Shown here: one piece after another, positions 8,837-16,971 of the stretch
How the letters are laid out: the number at the start of each line of letters is the position of its first letter
Numbering within the stretch: the first letter of the stretch is position 1
Assembly: GCA_044347345.1 (NCBI GenBank)
Contig: JBIKUX010000021.1
Coordinates: 1 to 45,659 of the forward strand
Direction: 5' to 3'
Length of the DNA stretch: 45,659 bases
Source: Bdellovibrionota bacterium
Lineage (GTDB): Bacteria; Bdellovibrionota_C; UBA2361; JBIKUX01
The notes under the pieces: generated by a model
What the model was told of the DNA's origin: nothing
The model's input: only the letters and a program-made list of their open reading frames with translations
Databases searched by the model: none
Position numbers and translations under genes: made by a program

Positions 8837-9979
8837 TTACACTCTCTCGGTTAATATATTTTTAACCAAGGGTTCATACCTTTTCCAAAATGCACTAAAG
8901 GACTTTTGAACAACATCAACCTCTGCAGAAACAAGATAAGGATAAGGGTCGTGAAGTCCGGGATAATGAGACACTGACGGATGTGCTCTGGTATGAATAA
9001 CTGAAAAATTTTCAAGATTAGGCAGATCAGATACTTCTCCAATCCAGATTGTTAGTCCAGACATAGCCTCAGTGAGTGATAAGATAAAATTCCATCTCTT
9101 TTGAGAGATAGGAAAACGGCGAAAAAATGATGGCTCAATAACCAAGACGCGAGCCCCAACCTCCTCCTTTCGCCAATTAGGGTCAAGCATCCAGATGTGA
9201 TATAAAAAGAGCGTTGACTGCCCAGCATAAACATACTGGACTTCTTCAGCTATTTTAGGCAAAAACACCTCTATTAAAGGCTCAATCGTATCTTCGAGCA
9301 CTGACGGAATACTCACTGACGGAATACTCACTGGCGGAACACTCATACCAAGAAGGCCTTCATAAGAAACATCAAGGAAAGTACCTTTCTGTTTGGTACC
9401 AGAAAAATGGTTTAAATTATCTTGATTGGCAAGATAAGGCTTTTTGCTAAAAGTACCGGCAATCCACTGCCAGTTCAAAGTATTTGAGGCCAAATCACCA
9501 TCAAGAAGATGGTAAAAAAACCACCGAGCTCCATCCTCCCATTTACACCGACCTATGGAGCACACAATTGACGCTATCCACATACGAGCATGATTGTGTA
9601 CATATCCATCTAGATATAGAGATTGCACAGCCGCATCAATAACTTCTATTCCAGTTTGAAAATTATAAACTGAAGCAGGAATCCCACGACGCTGCCCAGA
9701 AGGTTGAGAATTTAATAAATCGTTAAATATACCATCACCCTTATCTGCCCAGACTCTCTGAAAATAATCTCGCCATGCCAGCTCATACACCAAAGTTCGA
9801 GTTGAGTCATAGCCAAACCGACTCACCACTGCCAAGGCTGTCTCAAAAGTAGAGATTACTCCATGAGTAATATAGGGCGACAAATTAGTAACTGAACCTG
9901 TTAAAAAATTTCGTGTTCCTGCATACTTTACTGGGTCAACGATAGAGATAAGTTCTTGAACTTTAGGATGTAAAGACAC
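8837..9979 (-). CDS. Short DNA photolyase-like FAD-binding protein with inverted domain order
   Basis: The N-terminus carries photolyase catalytic-domain motifs: YAGTRN, VTNLSPYITHGVIS, ELAWRDYF, TGIEVIDAA, GYVHNHARMWIAS, LLDGDLASNTLNWQWIAGT. The C-terminus is alpha/beta-like (RVLVIEPS..PISQKRWNFILSL). GTG start. Confidence 0.8.
   Translation of the reverse strand: MSLHPKVQELISIVDPVKYAGTRNFLTGSVTNLSPYITHGVISTFETALAVVSRFGYDSTRTLVYELAWRDYFQRVWADKGDGIFNDLLNSQPSGQRRGIPASVYNFQTGIEVIDAAVQSLYLDGYVHNHARMWIASIVCSIGRCKWEDGARWFFYHLLDGDLASNTLNWQWIAGTFSKKPYLANQDNLNHFSGTKQKGTFLDVSYEGLLGMSVPPVSIPSVSIPSVLEDTIEPLIEVFLPKIAEEVQYVYAGQSTLFLYHIWMLDPNWRKEEVGARVLVIEPSFFRRFPISQKRWNFILSLTEAMSGLTIWIGEVSDLPNLENFSVIHTRAHPSVSHYPGLHDPYPYLVSAEVDVVQKSFSAFWKRYEPLVKNILTERV
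9299..9343 (-). repeat. 15-bp x3 in-frame tandem repeat
   Basis: CACTGACGGAATACT x2 plus CACTGGCGGAACACT (plus strand), encoding SVPPV-SIPSV-SIPSV in the interdomain linker. Confidence 0.9.
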
Positions 9980-10204
9980 TGCTTAAATTAAACCAAAAAA
10001 TACTTCTTAAAAAATTACAGTAAAAGCCATCTAGGGTAATAGTAAAAACACGATAACTTTACCCATTCCGAGGCCTCCTATTATAAAAATTTATAGTAAA
10101 GAACGAATTAGGCCACTATTTCCATCTATTAAAAAGAAAAGGTACACTATTAAAGAATTTAGTAGCATAACTCAAAATTTAAAACGTTTAGTATTTTTTA
10201 CTTT

Positions 10205-12358
10205 ATGACTCACGAAAAAAGCTCTCCTAATTACTCTACCTTAGAGATAAAAGGTCTTAGAGAAGAGATAAATTCTATAGACGAAACTCTCCTTAACCTG
10301 CTAGCAAAGCGGCGTCAGCTTAGTAAGGAAGTCATTGAGCACAAAGAGAAAGAGAACGGTCCGGTTCGGGATATACACCGAGAGGAGGAGCTACTTCGAG
10401 ACAGAATACGGCAGGGTAGAGCTCAAGGGCTGGATTCTCACCTAGTCACGCGCGTATTTCACGAAATAATTGATGATTCTATTCGGATTCAACATCGCAA
10501 ATTACAACGTTTTTACTCAACACCCTCAAAACGAGAAAGAATAGCATATCATGGAATTCAGAGCTCATACTGTGAGCAAGCTGCAAAGCGTCACTTTGAA
10601 AAATTATCGGCTGGAGAAGAAGGTAGAGTCGCGGAATTTCGGGGTTTCCCAACTTTTGAGGCAGTAGTTCAAGCCGTGCGTGACGGAGAGGCTGACAGTG
10701 CTATTCTTCCGATAGAAAATACATTATCAGGTGGAATAAATGAAGTTTTTGACCTACTCGTTCAAGCAGACTTAGCAATTATTGGTGAGGAAAAGTTTCG
10801 AATTGATCATCAGCTTTTAGCTACTCAAGATTCAGACCTAAGTTCTATTCGAAGCGTTCTTTGTAGCTATCTATCTTACGGCGATTGCCGGCAATTTTTG
10901 CATAAGTTAAACGTAAAAATAGAACATCTAAGTGATTCAGCTATGTGCGCTGAGCGTATCTCTGAATTAAATGATCCTTCCGTAGGTGCCATAGCTAGTG
11001 GAGAATCTGCTGAACGATTTGGGTTAAAATCCGTCGCTAGGGATATTGCCAATCATCACGATAATTTTATTCGGTATCTGGTTGTGGCCAAGGAGACAAG
11101 GCCAGTAGACCCACGAATACCTTGCAAAACATCTCTAATAATCGGGACACCTCAATATGCTGGTGCACTCGCTGATGTATTGTTAGTTTTTAAAAGGCAC
11201 GGAATTAATTTGACCAAATTAGAGAACCGCCCAGTTGCCGGCCAACCGTGGGAGGAGATCTTTTACCTAGATTTTGAAGGAAATATAGCTGTTGATGATA
11301 CTGCACTGGCCTTAAAAGAAGTAGCTCGCGCTACTCGCTTTTTGCGTGTCCTTGGAAGTTACCCTTCTTACGATCTAGCTCGAACTGCGGTATCGTCAAA
11401 TGATGTTGAATCATTGAAATCTTCAGCGTCTTATTCGGATAGCTCTAATCAAGCATTAACGTCCACATTTTTAGAATCTGAAGCATCGGGATTAACAAAA
11501 AGCGGAGAGAAGATTCCGGATTCCCCAACTAAGGGTAAAAAGAAGAGTTACACGCTAGCCAGTAGAGAACACAAACCTGAAGATACTATTATTGAAGTTA
11601 AAGGGGTTAGAATCGGAGGCTCATCATTTGTAACGATGGCTGGGCCCTGCTCTGTTGAATCGAGGGATCAAATTTTTGAATGTGCTCATCATGCCAAAGA
11701 GTCTGGAGCCTTAATATTACGAGGGGGATGTTTTAAACCTCGTACTTCCCCCTACAGCTTCCAAGGATTAGGTATGGAAGGTGTAAAGCTATTAGCTGAG
11801 GCCGGAGAAGCTTACTCTCTGCCAATAATAACTGAGGTTATGGCTCCAGAAGACGTAGAGCCCGTGGCAGAGTTATCTGACATGTTGCAAATAGGCGCTA
11901 GGAATATGCAGAATTTTACTCTTCTTAAGGCGGTAGGTAGAACAACTAGACCAGTGCTACTCAAGCGCGGAATGAGTTCCTCTTTGGAAGACTTGTTGAA
12001 TGCCGCGGAGTATATACTAGCGCAAGGTAACCAGCAGGTTATTTTATGTGAGCGAGGGATACGGACCTTTGAAACTTGGACTCGTTCAACATTAGATGTG
12101 GCTGCCGTTCCTGTGCTACGACGAGAGAGTCATCTTCCAGTTATTATAGACCCTTCTCATGCGGCAGGAGAGCGAGATCTGGTGCCGTCGTTAGCTCGAG
12201 CATCAAAAGCAGTTGGTGCTCATGGAGTAATAATTGAATTTCATCCGAAGCCGGAACAAGCATTGAGTGATGGACCTCAAGCTCTTCGATTTCCGCAGAT
12301 ACTCAAACTTATAAGAGAGCTTGAAGGAGCAACTGTGCCTTGTTTTGATCTTTGCTGA
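10205..12358 (+). CDS. Fusion of chorismate mutase (AroQ), prephenate dehydratase-like + ACT domains, and type I-beta DAHP synthase
   Basis: Aro[71 protein letters not shown] synthase: [53 protein letters not shown]. Confidence 0.92.
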   Translation: MTHEKSSPNYSTLEIKGLREEINSIDETLLNLLAKRRQLSKEVIEHKEKENGPVRDIHREEELLRDRIRQGRAQGLDSHLVTRVFHEIIDDSIRIQHRKLQRFYSTPSKRERIAYHGIQSSYCEQAAKRHFEKLSAGEEGRVAEFRGFPTFEAVVQAVRDGEADSAILPIENTLSGGINEVFDLLVQADLAIIGEEKFRIDHQLLATQDSDLSSIRSVLCSYLSYGDCRQFLHKLNVKIEHLSDSAMCAERISELNDPSVGAIASGESAERFGLKSVARDIANHHDNFIRYLVVAKETRPVDPRIPCKTSLIIGTPQYAGALADVLLVFKRHGINLTKLENRPVAGQPWEEIFYLDFEGNIAVDDTALALKEVARATRFLRVLGSYPSYDLARTAVSSNDVESLKSSASYSDSSNQALTSTFLESEASGLTKSGEKIPDSPTKGKKKSYTLASREHKPEDTIIEVKGVRIGGSSFVTMAGPCSVESRDQIFECAHHAKESGALILRGGCFKPRTSPYSFQGLGMEGVKLLAEAGEAYSLPIITEVMAPEDVEPVAELSDMLQIGARNMQNFTLLKAVGRTTRPVLLKRGMSSSLEDLLNAAEYILAQGNQQVILCERGIRTFETWTRSTLDVAAVPVLRRESHLPVIIDPSHAAGERDLVPSLARASKAVGAHGVIIEFHPKPEQALSDGPQALRFPQILKLIRELEGATVPCFDLC

Positions 12359-12369
12359 TAAAAACTAAG

Positions 12370-13515
12370 ATGAGTAGTCATTTTTCTACCCAAGTTAAAA
12401 TCGAGTCTGAACATCCATACTTTGTTGAAATAGGTTCGGGTTGTCTTTGGAGTCTTGCCTCCTATCCTAAGGTACTTGACGCCAGTAAGGTTGTAATAGT
12501 TGCAGACCCTATCATAAAGGTAGTGGATGAGATTACTGCAAAGATAAGTCGTGAGTTTCATCTGATTTATAAACAGATAACGGAAGACGACAAAAACATT
12601 GAGACCATCAAATTCTTATGGGAGCTTTTTGCTAACTTAGCTTTAGATCGAAAAAGTTTAGTAATCGCCGTTGGTGGTGGAGCCTTAACTGATACAGTAG
12701 GATTTGCAGCTAGTACATTTATGCGCGGCATAGATGTCATAAACTGCCCTACTACCATCTTAGGTCAAGCTGACGCCGCTGTTGGTGGTAAAACTGGAAT
12801 AAATTTATCTGGTGTAAAAAATCTGATAGGGAGTTTCAGTTCCCCCGTTGCCGTGTTTGTTGATGTAAAGACCCTCTATACTTTGCCGCCTCGAGAAGCT
12901 AAAGCCGGATGTGCTGAAATTGTTAAACACGCGTTCATAACATCTTCGCAAGATATTAACGATGTAAGGGAGGCTCTTGAAGTTTTTCCTTTTCGGCAGA
13001 ATTTGTTGTTAACGCCAGAATTTGATAACCAACTTGTGTCTCTTTTGGCTAGAACGATTGCGATTAAAGCCGAGATAGTCAGTCGCGACCCATTAGAGCT
13101 TTTAGGATATCGAAAACTTCTCAACTTTGGTCATACAATCGGTCATGCTTTTGAAGCATGCTCTCATGAAAGCGATTACTCAAGTACCCCTCTTTTACAC
13201 GGAGAAGCTGTAAGCATTGGAATGGTTGGTGAAGCATTTCTTTCAGTGGCCTCCAAGAAGTGTGACCTTGCAGTTCTAAGTACCCTTGAATCGATACTTT
13301 TTAGTTTAGGGCTTCCCATTCGAACTCCTTTAGCCACATCCGTTGCGCCTGAGGTCTTATTGACGAAAATTCGTGCAGATAAAAAAAATGACTTTGGTGC
13401 CGTTCGTTGGACTCTTCTATCTGGTCTAGGAAGTGCGGTGTCCGATCAAACTATACAAGAAGACTTGTTACTTGATCTATTTCAGTATCTTGATTCTCCT
13501 TACTCTGGAGCTTAA
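12370..13515 (+). CDS. aroB: 3-dehydroquinate synthase
   Basis: GGGALTDTVGFAASTFMRG, PTT..DAAVGGKTGIN, KNLIG, LNFGHTIGHAFE, HGEAVSIG. ATG at 12370 preferred over TTG at 12352. Confidence 0.95.
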   Translation: MSSHFSTQVKIESEHPYFVEIGSGCLWSLASYPKVLDASKVVIVADPIIKVVDEITAKISREFHLIYKQITEDDKNIETIKFLWELFANLALDRKSLVIAVGGGALTDTVGFAASTFMRGIDVINCPTTILGQADAAVGGKTGINLSGVKNLIGSFSSPVAVFVDVKTLYTLPPREAKAGCAEIVKHAFITSSQDINDVREALEVFPFRQNLLLTPEFDNQLVSLLARTIAIKAEIVSRDPLELLGYRKLLNFGHTIGHAFEACSHESDYSSTPLLHGEAVSIGMVGEAFLSVASKKCDLAVLSTLESILFSLGLPIRTPLATSVAPEVLLTKIRADKKNDFGAVRWTLLSGLGSAVSDQTIQEDLLLDLFQYLDSPYSGA

Positions 13516-13518
13516 TAA

Positions 13519-14046
13519 ATGAGAGTAGTACTTATCGGATTTATGGGCTCAGGAAAAAGTACTGTAGCAAGCCTCCTGGGTAGTATGTATAGGAAGCTAC
13601 AAGTAATCGATCTTGACTCAGAAATTCTTCGTACTCATGACTATAAAAACATTTCACAACTCTTTGCTGAACGTGGGAATGAATACTTTCGACAGCAAGA
13701 AAAACAAGTAGCAGAACGATTTAACACTCTTTCATCAGTAGTTTTATCACCTGGAGCGGGAGTAGTAGAATATCCCGAAACCATGAAGGCACTTTTAACG
13801 CCAGGCACTTACTCTATTTATCTTTACGCTTCTTTCAACTCAATATGTCAAAGAGTCACAGACATCGCCAATAGACCATTATTTAAGAATGCTGATGCAG
13901 CATTGGAGCTATACAATCGTCGTCTGCCACTTTACAATAAATACTGTACTGTAGCTATCGATACAACAAACTTGTCTCCAAGCGCTGTAGCAGAAATAAT
14001 TTCTGCAATGATTACACCCACAACTATTATAAAGAGAAGTAATTGA
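13519..14046 (+). CDS. aroK: Shikimate kinase
   Basis: LIGFMGSGKST (Walker A), IDLD, FRQQE, RPL and R..LY motifs; operon context. Confidence 0.93.
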   Translation: MRVVLIGFMGSGKSTVASLLGSMYRKLQVIDLDSEILRTHDYKNISQLFAERGNEYFRQQEKQVAERFNTLSSVVLSPGAGVVEYPETMKALLTPGTYSIYLYASFNSICQRVTDIANRPLFKNADAALELYNRRLPLYNKYCTVAIDTTNLSPSAVAEIISAMITPTTIIKRSN

Positions 14047-14080
14047 TTTATTAAGTCAGCTTATCTACGGTAGATTTTTT

Positions 14081-14902
14081 ATGAGCTTCAAACAAAATCT
14101 GTGTATTGTAATTGGAGATCCTGTAGAACACTCTCTATCACCTAAAATGCATCAATTTGGCTATGAGGCTTTAAATTTAGCTGATACTTGGAGATTTGCT
14201 CCTTGTCACGTGCGGCCCGAAAATCTTGAAAGTGCTGTTTCAGGTATTCGAGCTCTATCAATTCGTGGTGCAAGTGTAACGTTACCCCATAAAGAAGCAG
14301 TAATTCCCTATCTTGACTCCGTAGATCCTCTTGCTCGCCGGATAGGTGCAGTCAATACAATCGTCAATGATAATGGGTACCTCACAGGGTATAATACTGA
14401 CTATTACGGGATAGTTGACCCATTAAATGCTAAAATGAATCTTCAGAATGAGCGAGTTTTATTAATGGGAGCCGGGGGAGCAGCTCGTGCTGCGGCTATT
14501 GCTCTCTCTGATTTCGGGGCTTTAGTGACTATCGTAAATAGAACTGATAGCAAGGCTAATTATTTAGCTAATCAAATTAATAATTTGAATGTAGTTTCAT
14601 CTGAGTTTAATAACCTAGCTCATTGTGTATCTCAAGCTAAAATAATAGTTAATTGTACCTCGGTTGGAATGGTTCCCAATCTAAATCAGTGCCTCATAGA
14701 ACAAGATTGGCTGACCGTTAATCACGTAGTGTTTGATACAGTGTACACGCCACAAAATACTCTTTTGCTAAAGCGAGCTAGATTAAAAGGTGCTGTAACT
14801 ATCTTCGGTACTGAAATGCTTCTTGCTCAGGGAGGCAAGCAATTCACCCTATACACAAATCAACCGGCACCAATTGATGCTATGGCTAAAGTATTCGTTT
14901 AA
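14081..14902 (+). CDS. aroE: Shikimate dehydrogenase
   Basis: GDPVEHSLSPKMH, SVTLPHK, IGAVNT, GYNTD, GAGGAARA, NRT, VNCTSVGM. Confidence 0.95.
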   Translation: MSFKQNLCIVIGDPVEHSLSPKMHQFGYEALNLADTWRFAPCHVRPENLESAVSGIRALSIRGASVTLPHKEAVIPYLDSVDPLARRIGAVNTIVNDNGYLTGYNTDYYGIVDPLNAKMNLQNERVLLMGAGGAARAAAIALSDFGALVTIVNRTDSKANYLANQINNLNVVSSEFNNLAHCVSQAKIIVNCTSVGMVPNLNQCLIEQDWLTVNHVVFDTVYTPQNTLLLKRARLKGAVTIFGTEMLLAQGGKQFTLYTNQPAPIDAMAKVFV

Positions 14903-14928
14903 GATAATCAAGGTAAAGATTAATCACT

Positions 14929-15654
14929 ATGCACGCTAAATTATGCATTCCTTGTATGGCTTCTTCGGTTACTGAGGCTCATCATTTTTTAGATAAATAT
15001 GATACCAATCCTTCCGTTTGGTTTGAGCTATGGTTAGACTTAATTCAGGATATTATCGCTGACAGTGCAGTTGACAGTGCAGTTGACAGACTTACTCCTC
15101 TCTTAGACCGGATAAACAATAGAAGCATTGTATTATTTCGTCGCCCCGGGTTAGCAAAAATACACAGTTCTCGTAAAAAACGAAATGAGTTAATAACCCT
15201 TCTATCTCAATCTAACACTCTTCTTGATCTTGATCTTTTTTCTCAAGCTGATGATCTTCTAGCAGTACGGTCGGTAGCTCCATCTCAAAATCTTATATTG
15301 TCGTATCATAACTATAATGAAACTCCTTCGGATAAGGTGCTATTAGATATCGTAGATGCTTTAGTTGCCGAGAATCCAGCAATGATAAAGATAGCTTGCT
15401 ATTGCGCTTCTGCTGATGATGCTTTGAGACTATTAACTTTATTACGCACTATTATCCTCAAAAAAGGCTACCCTACCACCGTATTGGGAATGGGTCCTCA
15501 CGGGGTTATCACTCGTATCGCAGGGTCAATTTGGGGTAATGAGTTTCTTTTCGCTCCGCCATCTGGTGCTGTATCATCTGCTCCTGGTCAACTTACTTTT
15601 GAAGAATCGGTTTGGGCTCTTGATCTTATTAAAACGGCTATGACAAGAGGATAA
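14929..15654 (+). CDS. aroD: Type I 3-dehydroquinate dehydratase
   Basis: ILSYHNYNETP (catalytic His), IKIA (Schiff-base Lys), GMG..G..TRI, SAPGQ; operon context. Confidence 0.88.
   Translation: MHAKLCIPCMASSVTEAHHFLDKYDTNPSVWFELWLDLIQDIIADSAVDSAVDRLTPLLDRINNRSIVLFRRPGLAKIHSSRKKRNELITLLSQSNTLLDLDLFSQADDLLAVRSVAPSQNLILSYHNYNETPSDKVLLDIVDALVAENPAMIKIACYCASADDALRLLTLLRTIILKKGYPTTVLGMGPHGVITRIAGSIWGNEFLFAPPSGAVSSAPGQLTFEESVWALDLIKTAMTRG
15061..15089 (+). repeat. 12-bp in-frame tandem duplication
   Basis: GACAGTGCAGTT x2 plus GACAG, encoding DSAV-DSAV-D in aroD. Confidence 0.85.
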
Positions 15655-15663
15655 GTGATTATT

Positions 15664-16764
15664 ATGGCGGGCAATACTTTTGGACACCTATTCCGAGTAA
15701 CAACTTTTGGCGAATCTCACGGCGGTGCTGTAGGCGCAGTCATTGATGGTTGTCCACCAGGGCTTAAGTTAAGTGAAGATGATATTCAGCCTGAGCTTGA
15801 CAGAAGAAGGCCTGGCCAGAGCTCTCTTACAACTCCCCGTAAAGAGGCAGATACGATAAAACTTGCTTCGGGAGTATTTGAGGGTATGACCACAGGTACC
15901 CCTATCCTTCTAATTGCACACAATAATGATGCTCGACCGGGTGACTACAATAATTTAAAAGATCTCTACCGTCCTTCTCATGCTGATTATACTTATTACG
16001 CAAAGTACGGGCTTCGTGATTGGCGAGGTAGTGGCAGAGCATCAGCTCGTGAAACACTAGCTCGCGTTGCCGCTGGCGCGATAGCAAAAAAATTACTCCG
16101 TGAACAATTAGGGATAGAAACACTCGCATATGTTCAACAGGTTGGAAGTATTGTGACTGATTTTAATCCTAATGAGGCTACAACTGAGAAAATTGAACGT
16201 AGCTTGGTTCGATGTCCCGACCCTGAAGCTTCAAAAAAAATGGTGAGCCTGATTGAATCTATTCGAGATGAAGGAGACTCTATCGGAGGGATTATCGTTG
16301 GAAGAATCTCCGGAGTACCCGCTGGTTTTGGTGAGCCTGTATTCGATAAACTTCATGCTGAGTTAGGAAAAGCAATGTTAAGTATCAACGCTGTCAAGGG
16401 CTTTGATATCGGTAGTGGTTTTGCCGGAGTATCGCTACGCGGTAGCGTTCATAATGACCCCTTTATTACAGACAGTTGTGGAAGAGTACGTACAACAAAA
16501 AATCATGCTGGCGGTGTTCTAGGTGGCATATCATCTGGAGAAACAATTATTTTTCGAGTCGCTTTTAAACCAGTAGCTACTATCAGTAAACCTCAAGATA
16601 CCATCGACCACGTTAATAAATTACCCGCTGTAATAAAAGGCGAAGGTCGACATGATCCCTGTGTTTTGCCAAGAGCAGTACCAATCGTGGAAGCTATGTC
16701 AGCTTTAACTATTGCAGACCACTGGTTACGCCAACGAGCACAGTGTAATTTTACTCAAATCTAA
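15664..16764 (+). CDS. aroC: Chorismate synthase
   Basis: NTFG..FRVTTFGESHG, RRRPG, RPSHAD, RASARET, GDSIGG, GGISSG, GRHDPC. ATG at 15664. Confidence 0.97.
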   Translation: MAGNTFGHLFRVTTFGESHGGAVGAVIDGCPPGLKLSEDDIQPELDRRRPGQSSLTTPRKEADTIKLASGVFEGMTTGTPILLIAHNNDARPGDYNNLKDLYRPSHADYTYYAKYGLRDWRGSGRASARETLARVAAGAIAKKLLREQLGIETLAYVQQVGSIVTDFNPNEATTEKIERSLVRCPDPEASKKMVSLIESIRDEGDSIGGIIVGRISGVPAGFGEPVFDKLHAELGKAMLSINAVKGFDIGSGFAGVSLRGSVHNDPFITDSCGRVRTTKNHAGGVLGGISSGETIIFRVAFKPVATISKPQDTIDHVNKLPAVIKGEGRHDPCVLPRAVPIVEAMSALTIADHWLRQRAQCNFTQI

Positions 16765-16971
16765 TTTTACAGACTAAATTCCAGAAAAGAGACATGTTCT
16801 GTAGATATAAGTTCCTAAACTTTTAAATACTACAAAAAATAATTTCACCGCGCTTCAATTTATTAAGGCTTATCTTAATAAATCCGACGACATTCAAAGC
16901 GGCGTATTTTGGAGGCTTTTAGGCCTGATATGCCGCATGCGGCGTATGTGGGAATGAGGCGTAAGAAGTTT

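Noticed and set aside
9980-10204. Attenuator or leader peptide upstream of the aromatic operon
   Set aside because: I found no Phe/Tyr/Trp-rich leader ORF or terminator/antiterminator pair.
16909-16971. TTG start at 16909 for the cytochrome-domain protein
   Set aside because: ATG 16972 places a typical signal peptide at the N-terminus.
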